Positions 12,255 to 24,183 of a DNA stretch of 64,000 bases are shown here, in pieces. The notes beneath the pieces are model-generated. The model had not been told where the DNA came from. It searched no databases and worked only from the letters and a program-made list of their open reading frames with translations. The position numbers and the translations under genes are program-made. Source of the stretch: Takakia lepidozioides (lineage: Eukaryota; Plantae; Bryophyta); contig CM060731.1 in assembly GCA_030704615.1 (NCBI GenBank), positions 87,358,001 to 87,422,000 on the forward strand, written 5' to 3'. Each line of letters starts with the position of its first letter. Position 1 is the first letter of the stretch.

Positions 12255-13454
12255 GTTCCGTGCATCATGTAAGGCATTTTGGCATGGAAGAAAGGTCTGC
12301 CATATTACAGATGCAAGATATGGACACACAAACACTTTGAGTGCCCGAGACCAAGCCCACTTGGCCAAAAAATAAATCATACATTGCAGGTGCCTGGTTT
12401 GATGGCAAAATAAGGCAAATAATCTCTGGCAAAGGTCCGGTAGGGCTTACCAACACTGTTTTCCAGGAGGTTTATGCCAAGTTTTGCAAATAAAACCTCA
12501 TTATGCTCCATTCCACACCAAATCCAGGCCTAAAAGAGCCTGTCATTGCCTTGTCAGGCTACCATCTTAAAAAACAGGGCCTCCTCTTCCTTAGAACCTA
12601 AGAGCCATTGATGCCTTACCCATAAACCATAACTCCTAACAGTACCTAGCTTAATAATCCACAGGCAATGCTGTCAAAGATTCAAGACAATGTAAGGTCC
12701 AGATGCTGGGCTTCAAGAGACAAGCCTGTCAGGCCGAAGTGCTCCATCAAAGGCAGCAAAACATAAGTCAAAAGTAAGCATCAGCATGCCAAACCAGGAG
12801 TAAGCGCACCGAAATCAGGGCTGCAGGCAGCAGCCAAATAAAGACACCATACACACTAGGTTCTCGTTGTCCACATCCTTATCTTCAAGCTCACGAGAAT
12901 TCAAAGCAAGTAGGGATCCTCACCTGGTCCCATCACAAGCCCCCACAAAAACCAACAGGTTAGTGAGGATTGTGGAACCCCAGGTGAATCACAAACCCCT
13001 ACACTTGTCATCGATGTCAACTAAGAACCTCAAAAGCAAGAGAGAACGACATAAAGCAAAAGGAACCCTAATCACCAAAAGCACCTTGAGCGATTGGGGA
13101 AGATAACTGTGCGTCATCGCCACTAGCAAGCCACCTCCAGCAAAGCTAAGGAGAAGTGAAGCATACAAGCACTCTTGCTAGGTTTAAGAAGGGAGAGAGA
13201 GATACTTCCCAACACAAGCGCCGCTGCGAAAATTAAAAGCCAGAGGAGGGAAAGAGACGATGCATTCACAACATTGTCTCCCGCTTGTGAGAAGAGACAA
13301 AATGCCGCCATTGCGCATCCCCAGGAGATCGTCCAACATGGATACGATGCAGCAAACAAGGTAGCAGCAAAACGCAGATGCCATAACTCTCATCCCGCGA
13401 GCTCAGAAGCACGAGCAGTGCTTCTGACGGCGGGAGAGACACCCTAGGGCTCAT

Positions 13455-14065
13455 GCCCGATTTTTCATCCGTGTAGGATGATTAATCAACACCACATTTT
13501 ACGAAACCCGACGGATGTCATTCGTTAGCTAGGTTTAAACAGTAGGTTATAGGGTAGGGGTTAGGGTTTCATCCTTAATTAACCATAATTAAGGATAATT
13601 AATCATCAATCCAGGGCCATAAGCTGCATATTTCATCCGGTTCAGATGAAAAAGTCAATAAGTTCATCCGTTGGAGAAAGTTCGTCAGTAGGATGGAAAA
13701 ACAGTAAATAACATCCAAAGCATCGGTTTTCCATCCTAACAGGTAATTCAACATCTCCCAAAAAAAATGCCTCATCCAGTACGGAAAAAAGCCATAAAAG
13801 AGGAATGAACGAATTAATGTATTTTTCATCCGGTATATATATATAAGATGTCAGTGTCAACCCCTACAGAGGTAATTCCTCATTCTCTGGTGACTCATCT
13901 GGTATGGATGAAAGTCAATAAAAGAAGAATGAAAAAATCATAGACTCAGCTTAGAGGTAATTTAGTGTCCACCCTGTAGTTCATCCGGTATGGATGAAAA
14001 ATTGTTATAGGGCGGGTGAAAAAGCTGTCACAATCCATCCGGTATAGATGGAAAAACAGGAAATT
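13455..14065. repeat. Subterminal-type repeats (TTCATCCG/CGGATGAA), probably of the adjacent CACTA element
   Basis: About ten direct and inverted catccg/ggatg motifs, e.g. ttcatccggtatggatgaaaaa, downstream of the CACTA transposase. Confidence 0.55.
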
Positions 14066-15299
14066 AACACTGATAAAACCGGCCAATTCCAAGGAGGGAG
14101 GGAGGCAGAGGGAGAGAGGGGGCACCCACCAACCAGCCCCTGGTATGGCAGTCCCTTATGGAGTGAGTGTGGTATGCACTCACCCCGTAAGGGAGTGCAT
14201 ACCAGACCCCTTCATAAGGTTTCTCCCTCTTCAAAGTAGATTCCAACCCCTGGATAGTTATGCCATAAGGGCTGGAAATGCCTACTTCCTCGCCTTTCCT
14301 TGTTTAAGGACCAATAATTGGGTGTCATGGATCAGCAAACAGGGATAAGAGAACACATGACAAACCCCTCCAAACAAGTGTAACGCAAGATGGTAGCAAC
14401 TTGCTGCCCATCTATACACTATCCTGGTTTTAAGGCCAGTATTTCCAAAGGTATGATAAGCACATAGCATATTACATATGCATATTTGCTTAGTGGTGCT
14501 ACATAGAGCAAAGCCACTTGTAGAGAGGTATGAAGGCATATGAGCCTAAGTGGGGTAAAGGCCTCATCTTTATACAATAATTCTGGTGGCACTGCGTCAT
14601 GAGGTCCAACTGGCACTCCGTCTGCCCTTAGACATGCTGGCTCGTGATCCTGCTGATATACTAGCATGATATCTTTTCTTGTTATTTCCTCAGTGGTGTT
14701 TGGTTCTGCCCTCTCGCGGCGGTCAGTCAGGGCACAGAGAGACGCGCATCCGTCTTCGCCGTTTTTTATTTGGAGATTGGGAGAGTCTGCAAGATGAGCA
14801 TCAATTACGAGCACTAGCTCTTGCGGCACGCGCCCCTCCCGCTTCCTCCATGCAGCCACCCTCATCGGCCCACATGCGACTTCGTTATAGTCTCATGTTA
14901 GGCCGCGTTGCGAGTATTCACGCGCGGCCAAGGCTTTGGCACCTTTCACACCAGCGCCTCCATCAACGGATACTATCACTGCCCTCGAAGCCCTTCACCC
15001 ATCAGCTCAGGATACTCTTCCGCTTTTTATCGAGGACTTCAAATCCACTCGCCATTCCAGTTAGTCTACGGGCTGCAACCATTGCTAATTCCGGCGGAGT
15101 TTGTTGTGCCCACCTACAATGGTGCTAGTCCGTAGTAGCTAGAATGTACTTGTTCCCTTTACGACGCGCAGCTGGCTTAATCAGGCCAATGAAGTCCAAT
15201 CCCCATTTAAGGAAAGGTTCGCCTGGCAATGAGGTATGCAATGGCGTGACACCACTTGCTGTGAGGGGACCCATCCTTTGGCAGTGGTCACAGCTCCTG

Positions 15300-17210
15300 C
15301 AGAATCCGTGGGCATCTCTGAATAGTCGTGGCCACCAATATCTTGCTTATTGCTCATGCGACTTTGAGAAACAACCCTATCCGTGTTCACTCGCATGAAA
15401 CCACACTCATCATGAACTAGTATAGCATTTGGTCAAACGAGGTGTGGTTGGAACCATCACCCATTGAAGAGAATAGGCCGATGATTGTTATACTCGAGTT
15501 GCAATATGCTCTCAAGCTCTCCGATGTACTCAAGATTGCTTCTCTCCAGTTGGGTATGTCTCATGCTTGACACGGAATCTTGCCAATATGTTGCACACAA
15601 TCCGGAGTCAAATGTGGTTTTGCGGCGCATGTCAAGTGCATGGATATGGAAATGATGACCGTGGACCCATATTGAGGTGCACGAAAGAGCGAATTGAGAG
15701 GGACCCCTTGCAATCTCTTCCACCAACTTTGGCACCGCATCCCCTCTTGCAATTGCGTCTTCAACTCCACTACAAAGCCAATCACGAAAGGGTCTCAAGG
15801 GCTGAAATTCTAGGGGCAACCGGCTCGATGGCACATCATCATGCCGACCAGCGGTCCGCAATGCTCTAGCCTCTCGCGCATGGTTTCACCTCCAAGCTTG
15901 AGCCTCCTCCAACCTTGGTTTGTCCTCATCCGCATGTCTTGCCTCCCACTCAACAATGCATGAGGTGTTCTTCAATACAAAGTTATGTGCTTGCTCGACC
16001 AACATGCGGGGTAGTTTCACCTTTCTTAACTTCTTCGGCAAACAATATCTTTGATTGTTGCATCCTCATCTTCCTTCCACATCCGAGGGGCCTCCTTGTC
16101 CATCCTTGTCATGTACTTTGTGTGCAATAAAACATAGCTTCTTGCAAGGTATTCCCCTCCGCCATGCTACCCTCCGGGTGTGCCATTTGCCGCACGTGTC
16201 CCTTCAAAGTCTTCATGTAGTGCTCAAGGAAATACATCCACCGAGAGTGAACCGGGCCGGAAATCTCCACCTCTTCCACCAAGTGCACTATCAAATGCAC
16301 TTGGACGTCAAAGTAAGAAGGAGGAAGGTGCATCTCCAACAAACAAAGGACCACCGCCGCCTCCACCTTCATGCGGGCAAAGTTAGTCTCTTCCATATCT
16401 TTTGTGCAAATCCATCGGAATAAATTCCCCAATCTATAGATTGCTTGACAAATATCGGGCGTCAATGTCCCACGTATTGCGACAGGAAGAATGTCTTGCA
16501 AGATATTGTGGAAGTCATGAGACTTCACACCATGGATTTTCTCCTCGTTGAATTTGAGACAGAGGGATGACCAATATCCGGTTGGCGTCCAGATGGCACA
16601 TATTGTGCCGCGCACCTGTTTTTTTCTTCCTTTGTCCATTGCCAAGGTGATGGCCTATACTTCCACCGAAAAACGCCCTGATTGTCCCTGCCATCTTCTT
16701 TGGCCCAAAGATATGGCATGCGAGATTATTCTTTTGAGCTCTCACTTTACAGCGAGCTGGGAATCTAGTTTTTGTGACATTCCTTTCTTCACGGCCGGTG
16801 TCATGTTTTCAAATAAACGGAGAAGTGTTGAGCACACAATCTTCTCAATGTGCATGGGGTCAATGAGATGATGAATCTTCAGGTCCTACACATATGATCA
16901 CCATATTTTCTTACATCACTGTCATACATTTAATCTTAATCATGGAAGACAAGTGATGCATAGTCCCTATATGAAATATGATGATAGTTACATGTAGTAC
17001 TTAGAATGGAATATTTGAGGAATTTACCGTCGAGTATGGCAATTCATGGAAGATTGATAGACATTTCATGCCAATCTTGTTTGCATCCCCAATCCATAAC
17101 CCATCCTTTGACCTCTTTCCATCGGTCTTGCCAAAACTTTCCAGATGGTTGGATCGGTGGAGGACGTGTCTCCTCTTTCCCATCAAACAAATGCTTTTGT
17201 CTTCTCAGTA
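15300..17210 (-). pseudogene. CACTA (En/Spm TnpD-like) transposase, decayed and 5'-truncated
   Basis: HLIDPMHIEK; HGVKSHDFHNIL...HLIVHLVEE...GPVHSRWMY...PEGSMAEG (DUF4218-like); GHHFH...DSGL...YIGELESIL (DUF4216-like). Stops and frameshifts are present. Confidence 0.85.
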
Positions 17211-17839
17211 CTACGGTAAGGGGGGTTTAGCGACGCCTGTCCCCCCTGCCTCTCCCGTGCGACGCCCCCGCTGCGCCCCATCTTGCGACGTTTCCGGCGT
17301 CGTAGGAATAATGCCAAAATCCACAAAAACGTGAATTTTGGCCAAGTCCTACAATGCGATGCCTCAGGCATCACAGCTGAATAATTTTTTTTTATAAAAA
17401 CATCGCAGACCAGCTGCAACGCATTGGGAGTCGGCCCCTGGTGTGACCTTTGGACGTCGGTTGGGAGGTAGCGACGCCCAGGGCATCACTTCAAGCACCC
17501 CAGGAAAAAATAAAATAAATAAATAAAAATAATATTTTTTAAAGGCGACGCCCTGGGGTTTTTTTTTTAGTTTTTTTTTTTTGAATTTTTGCAGATGCTG
17601 TAACTTCTTGATCCTTCCTCCTCCCAAATACTAAGTCTGCCCCTCTCCAGAAGCCCCGCATCTTCCAAAAAACACCAAGTCCCAGCCTTGTATATTGCGA
17701 TCTAACAACCCTAAATTTGAGCCAACCTTTTGAAGTTTTTGAATGTTTTGCATCCTAGCACTATATACAATAATTATATATTCCATGTAATTATGTGAAG
17801 GTATTGTTAACTTAAATTATATATATATATATATATAAT

Positions 17840-18377
17840 TACATAGTCATTAAATGAGGAATTAAAATGACTGTATATTCTATCTAATTATTTATATATA
17901 TTTCAAATTACATGAATTTGAGATATAATTGTGGAGTCGTTAGTGAAGTTGTTGAAACCACTTACAATTCCAGTAATTTATATTTATTTTATTTCAATAT
18001 TTAAAATAAATCACCAATAAGTCGACGTCAACCTCGCAGTCATTCATATAACTTTTATTTTTCAAATTTCTTAAAAAAAACACTGAGTCACAGTCATGTA
18101 GTCATATGTGCATCTATTCATATGCATACGTCATTCCAGTATAGTGGTGTCCGTGACTACTAGTCATATCTGAGGCATATCTGTCATGTCAATATTCGTG
18201 GTCAAACATGTTTGACCTCATATGAGTAGAGTGCGGAGTCATACAGTCGTATATATGACTTCCCCGCATCTACGTGTCGACTGTAATGTCATTCGCGTCT
18301 ACATATGACATTTTGTAGACAGATCTGCCATGACTGGCACAAATGGCAGTCATGAAAACCGCAAGATCTGTTGTTGT
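17840..18377. mobile_element. Degenerate CACTA terminal region (same family as 1-103)
   Basis: Dense AGTCAT/ATGACT motifs ending ...gtcatgaaaaccgcaagatctgttgttg, similar to 76-103. Confidence 0.55.
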
Positions 18378-18434
18378 TAAGCTGAATGAGGGAATGAAGC
18401 AATATTATTGAGATGAAGTACATAATCATTTTGT

Positions 18435-18525
18435 TTCAACAGGGCTTTCAGTTTGCTTGGGACTTAGCACAAAAGGTTACCGAGCCTGCCCATATTGTGG
18501 TGATGACCTTGATGCCAGCACTCTC
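18435..18525 (+). pseudogene. CACTA transposase fragment (Transposase_21-like)
   Basis: Translates to GLSVCLGLSTKGYRACPYCGDDL. Confidence 0.6.
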
Positions 18526-19175
18526 GGGCGACGCCGGGGTCCGTGGTGGATGCGAATATGCGACGCCTGAGACGTCGCAGCCAAGACGTCGCATATACAC
18601 AATTTAAGGCGACCGCGGGGGGGGGGGGGGGGGGCATCCAACCCCCCTGAAAATCCCCACTAGCGCCGCCCCGGGCGTCACCATAGCGATACAGAGGCAT
18701 GGCAAAATATATATATATATATATATATAATTTAAAAGCGACGCCCTGGGTCGCTATTGTTTTAATTTTTTGTTATATTTTTATCTCTATGACTATTTGT
18801 GAGTCCGTCTTTGTTATGTTTTTGGAATTGGTTCAAAAAATGGCGGGACACACACTTGCCATGTAGTGACAACATCGAATTAATGTCAAACCTAACCCAT
18901 GAGCAGGTGTTTGCAAGTAGCCGACACATATCGAGTTCCTAAATCATTCAACGTGTTGTTTGGCAAATTTGAACTCAAGACCTCTAGATTATACACACCG
19001 TAAGACACTTCACACTAACCAACATATCAGTTCCAAAACTTACACACAATCATATGATTTAATTGTACATAAGGTAGTTCATGCAGACATCAGTTGCTCG
19101 TCGGGACCTCAAAGCGACACTCCTCGCGTCGCTCAAATATAAGCGACGTCTCTGGCATCGCTTTTCCTGTACCAT

Positions 19176-20611
19176 CTACTGCAGAAACAAAAAAATGATC
19201 AAGTCATTTTAAGCGACGCCTTAGACATCTAAAAATGACTTACTGAAGGCATTTGACTTGCAAGACCTGGACATCCCATGGGGCGAAGCTCCCCCGCGGT
19301 CGCCTTCTCATTCAATACTTTAGATGTGATGCCCTAGCCGATGGATTGGGTGCAAAGTCCAACACGAATGTTAGTGTTGTTTTTCGTGCAGTACTTGGTG
19401 GAGAGATTCTTAACCTTGCATTTCGAAGGTCCGGCTTGAATGGGCTTACTCTTGCAGTGGAAGGCTCCTGGAGAAATGAGTATAGGCAGATATGCATGAT
19501 GACATGTCATGCTGGTGCAAAAAACAGCGATATGAGTGGTGATTGTGATATCAAAATCTGCCTCCACATTTGAGCGGCTTTCTCTCTCAAGCAGCGCAAC
19601 ATTGTGGAAGGCACCACCAGAAACACCCTAGCCCACAAGTAGTTGGCTAGCAGTTTGAGATATTTCTCCGGGCTGTGATTGAATGAACTGGAGATTTCAT
19701 TTTTAGCTGATGGTTTCATGTAGGTGGTGCCTGATTCCGATTTCGGAATATGGCAGTCTCAGTGGACTTGATGTTGTTGGAATGGGAATAGCAAAAAGAC
19801 TCCCATAGAAATTAGCTACATGAACATACGCAATATCAAATACCTTGAAGTACATATGATTGTTGAGATTGTTTACACAGATTGTTAGCGACGGTGTTCC
19901 TCCTTTGGCGTCCAGTCCACATGAAAACGACGAGAATGTCGCTGGAGATTGACGTTCAATTGCTGACATTCTGCCTCCTTGTAACACCATTTTGGTGTGC
20001 AATGATGGACATCAGAACAGGTTAGCTCTTAGAAAAGTACGCGAGATTGCACGATGTTAATCGTTGGTGTTCCTCAAAAGAATAATGGATCTCCAAACGA
20101 AGGATATAGGAACCAAATAAAACACCACGAGGACGCTGTCAATTGTTGGAGATCGGATTATGCAAGCAGGGAGAATGACTTCAAACAACTTAAAGACTAG
20201 GATTATAAGATACTTGAACAATCCGCCAAGGAACAAGTGACACCATCAGCCTGGATGATTTGAGTGCGTGTTCTGAAATACATCAATGAATCATCCAGGA
20301 TGATGGTGTGAAATATTCCGGGACGGATTATCCGAATACCTTGAGTTCCCCGCTGTAACAACTCACTATGCCTGCAGAATCATCACATCTTCGAATGACA
20401 ACATTTTCGTTGTTGAATGCGTGAGCATAGAAAAAACATCACTCCGACCAATCACATGTGGCACTGTTGAGGTAATATAACACTTTGGCAGTCGGCTGGA
20501 GAACCAGGACGATGCTGAATTCCGCTTTTCGAACCACGAGTGATCGCGCGACATATCTCTGCCTCTACCACCATTGAGAACCCCAAAGAGCCGAGTGCAT
20601 CCAGATTTCAA
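19176..20611 (-). pseudogene. Decayed coding region, possibly a 2OG-Fe(II) dioxygenase of TET/JBP type
   Basis: One frame runs 20002-19244 with stops explicable by C>T: ...RHHLHE...GVSGGAFH...IAVFCTSMTCHH...NIRVGLCTQ. A terminal GT-AG intron (19243-19179) is followed by an in-frame TAG. Confidence 0.35.
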
Positions 20612-21620
20612 TCAACCACAATGGTGCCATCAGTTCGTCAGGGAAGGAATTTCGAAGCCGCCAAATTACTTCAATCCATTTGAAGAAAGATTTTAACAGA
20701 GCTTCACAATCCGCTCAGGAACAAATGAGACGACCATCGTGGGAGCTTGAATTACGAGATAGGAACCCGAATTCAGTCATAGACGATGATCATCACTTGT
20801 TCCCCATCGTAATATGAAAACATCGGAAAATTTCTTCTCCTCCAACCTCCTCCAGCTTCCAGCCTGATCTGTTATTGCTTAAACTGACAATGAAGTCAAC
20901 TTGTTTTGATAACATCTGATGGCACTGCTGATCTATGCTAGCTCCACAAGAGGATATATGAAGGAACCACGCGCGATCGCGCGTAATTTCTCTCAAACTT
21001 CGATGACTAACATTACAGCCGAAAGGGTCTGGCATAACATTGACAGAGTTAAATAACATATGTGTGTAATGAACAGGCCGACCATAGTTTAATTCATCAA
21101 TAACACAGAGTTGCTTCCCAAACGGCTCACACTCAATGCATATATTCGAGATCGCCGTCGAAAACCACTGATGGCGGAATTCTGTGCACCCGAGGAGATG
21201 GATACAGTGGGAGATTGATGTAAGATATGACCAGACACCTCACTGGTAGCTGTACTTGATGACCTCGACAAACGTAAAGCCTCGCGGTCCCTCCGCTCAA
21301 CCTTACGCTGCCGGTCCTCTTTCTTCCCTGTCGAATTTGATTCTGAACTTGACACTGGAATATAACTGTGTGGAGGCAGCACATAAGGGAATTGTTAAGG
21401 AAAATACAAAGATCATTGAAATATCATTGATCTCACAAAAGTCATGTGAAGTCCACATACATATAAGTACAAATAGAGGTTGAAGTAAAGCTGATGGACT
21501 ACACACAAAATAGGGCAATGATAAACTACGTACCCAGATAATCGGGATCTTTTTGAGGGGGGTGTCAAACAGAAGCATCAATAAATCTTCCAAACCAGGA
21601 CAAGTGAACGTGATTTCAAT

Positions 21621-22240
21621 CTATCGGAGGGCCGGAAGATTTGCAGGAGTTCTTGCCGATGTAATCAACAACGGACTGGGCTCAATCAAGCCAGAGAGAA
21701 AAGGCCACAAAGCTTTGATGAGGTCAACCAAATCCTCCAAATTGCTTGATTCCTTGAATGTGATGGGGAAGACTCCAGTATTCACTGGGTTTCGGAGTGC
21801 CTTGGATGGGTCATCGTCGACCAGTAGAATTTGCCCCTGCCTAGCAAAATTTTTCCCACTAAATTTTACGAGAATACTCTTAATATCTTTAATAAGATAT
21901 TTCATTCCAGGCTTAATATGTCTAGCTGTATCTGTGCAATGCTCGGCAGACCATATGAAACGAAATTGTTTCATATTTTCTAGGGGAACGAAACACTCAA
22001 ACATCTTGAATACAGTATCCCTCTCAGAGCAAGACCAAATCGCTACATGAAAATGAGTCAATGCAAGTCGAAGAAACTCCAGCTCTTGGAACCACAAATG
22101 GTCTTGCGGGCACCCGAATTGTTACTTTCCTCAAGTGGAACCTCTGTTTAAACAACTCAACTCCGGTAGGAGGTGTAGCAAAGAAGTCCATTGACACTCA
22201 GTACCAGCAACATGCGTTTGTGTTTCTGGACACCACACAT
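21621..22240 (-). pseudogene. FCP1/NIF-like HAD phosphatase domain (copy 1)
   Basis: KRMLLVLSVNGLLC, then after a frameshift FLRLALTHFHVAIWSC...ILLVDDDPSKALRNP. Confidence 0.75.
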
Positions 22241-23399
22241 TTCTTGAGTAACAACGTTCTGAACCATCCAAAAGAGCCCATTAGTTTCTGTTATCTGACC
22301 CAAAAATTAGGTATTTCCAATACATTTTGCAACTCAAAAAATGCCACAACGTACTTGCGTTTTGTGGTTTACCTAGTTTCTATACCCTGATTTTCAAATG
22401 GAATATTTTGCAAAGGTAATATTTTCAGCATTACGACACCCAATTGAGACTTGAGACAAAAAATCACAATCGGGAGTCTCTGAGTTTCCTGCAACCACGC
22501 GCGATCGCGCGAGGTTACTTTGTGCAAAGTTGTGTCAACAATGTAAATGATATATGTACTGATTACTAAGAAGCCATAACCAATAAGACAGAGGACCAAG
22601 TGAAGGAGATACTTATTACCTTTGCTAGATTTACCCTCCGATTTTGAGGCGGGTTACCACTGGAGGCAGGTGAATGTTGAAGGGATAACAGAACGCCAGA
22701 TGCTATTTTTTCATCGTCGGACACGACCACCGCTGATTGCTATGATCTATGACGTTTCCTTGACACAGGACCATCCGGAATTCTGGGGGGTTGGGGATGT
22801 GCAAAAATATTTGCCGGTCTTGTCGGTGTGCTGACCTCAATCGGCGAATGAGTGAGTTCAATAACCTTCTCGCTGACGGTTGGCAATGGAATTCGGTTTC
22901 TTTCTTTCTGCACATCCTGAACCGAATTCAAACGGAAAAAAAGGGATTACCTTGGAATACAACCCCACAGAAGTTGCCGCTTCACAGAAAGGTCATAAGT
23001 TGCAGCTTTTATGGCCTGGAGTAAAGAGAGAAAATCAGAGGATGAACAGAAACACGGTAACAATAAAATGCATGGATGAAATAGAATTAAATCACCTGAC
23101 TTCTCAGCAGCTGAGGTGTCTAGCCCTCGTGATCCGGTGACCCGCTTGGAATTACGACATGATGAGGAGGCAGTTGAGCGATGGTTGCAACCAATTGTTC
23201 GGTAGACTCATGTAGATGCCCTGTGACGGTGTCTGGTGGAAAGTGTTGGGAGAAGGACGGCTCCAAGGAGAATTCCCAAGATATTGAGAGTCACTTTCCA
23301 CTATGCAGCCAACCCTAGTTAAATCATTGACCCTGCTAACTGTGGATTCATCTTTTGACATTTTGAGCCTCGAAACACTCTCCATAACAGCAATGGATG

Positions 23400-24128
23400 T
23401 GTCGCGGCCCTTTGCCTTGAGGGCAGGGGGTCGGGACACATGAGGGGCTGCCCCTATGGTGTGGGCAGCGGCAGCGATAGGTATGGGGGGGCTGAAGCAC
23501 CCTTGAGTGCCCAAGGCACTCAAGGAGGCGGAGGCGCTCACTAGGTGGAGCCCCGCACACCGGGTTGCGGTGGGGGTGGCTCCACAAGGGGTGGTGGTAG
23601 CTTAGCGGGACTTAGTGGGGGTGGCATAGGACTCACCATGGGGGCGGAGACCTCGTGGTGGGAGTCGTGGGGAGTCTTGGGACTCATCACGGTCCATAGG
23701 GGCCGTGGTGAGTGGGCCAAGACTCACCGCGACTTATCACCGGGAGTCGAGGGTTTTCGTGGTGGTTCGCCATAACATGGCATGGCTGGTTGTGAAACCC
23801 CCGCGGACAGCTACAGAAGTATATATAGGGAGTAGTAACCCCGAGAACGGTGCAAGCCCGTTGGTGACCAAAAACTAGTGAGTAAGCGAGCGAGCCGGAA
23901 AGCGACCAAAGAGTGGGGAGCTGTTCCGGACTGCCAACTACCAAAGGGAATTCCCGCTGGTTCCAAATCGGTGGAGGGTTCTTAGAGAGAACAAAGGGGG
24001 GACCGTTATGCCCCGGTGAGCAGCCGAAGCTCCAAGTTGGCCCGGCGGCCAGGTTGGGAGTTAGGCGCGCGCATCAAAGCGAGTAACTATGACTTGAGGG
24101 GGAGCTTACCGAACTGAGGTGCGCGACA
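23400..24128 (+). repeat. LTR-A 5' LTR
   Basis: TG...CA ends with TGTCGCG/CGCGACA inverted termini and a TATA-like gtatatata. Repeated at 29649, 35392 and 41614. Confidence 0.97.
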
Positions 24129-24130
24129 CT

Positions 24131-24142
24131 TGGTATCAGAGC
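24131..24142 (+). promoter_or_regulatory. Primer-binding site (tRNA-iMet) of LTR-A
   Basis: TGGTATCAGAGC, 2 nt after the LTR. Confidence 0.95.
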
Positions 24143-24183
24143 TTAGAGTTCAGTACGCGATCGTCCTTGGGATTGGCCTCATC

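Larger units (their letters stand above)
17225..19230. repeat. Dispersed GCGACGCC-N3-GGCGTCGC-type palindromes, probable terminal region of element E3
   Basis: Examples: gcgatgcctcaggcatcac, gcgacgcccagggcatcac, gcgacgcctgagacgtcgc, gcgacgtctctggcatcgc. One copy lies in the intron at 19179-19243. Confidence 0.6.

Noticed and set aside
12263-13450. Gene or LINE remnant
   Set aside because: I could not recognise any domain motif in any frame, so it is left unassigned.
13529-13570. Interstitial telomere (taggttatagggtaggggttagggttt; also ccctaaaccct at about 52196)
   Set aside because: Only two to four degenerate units, too short to support a telomeric feature.
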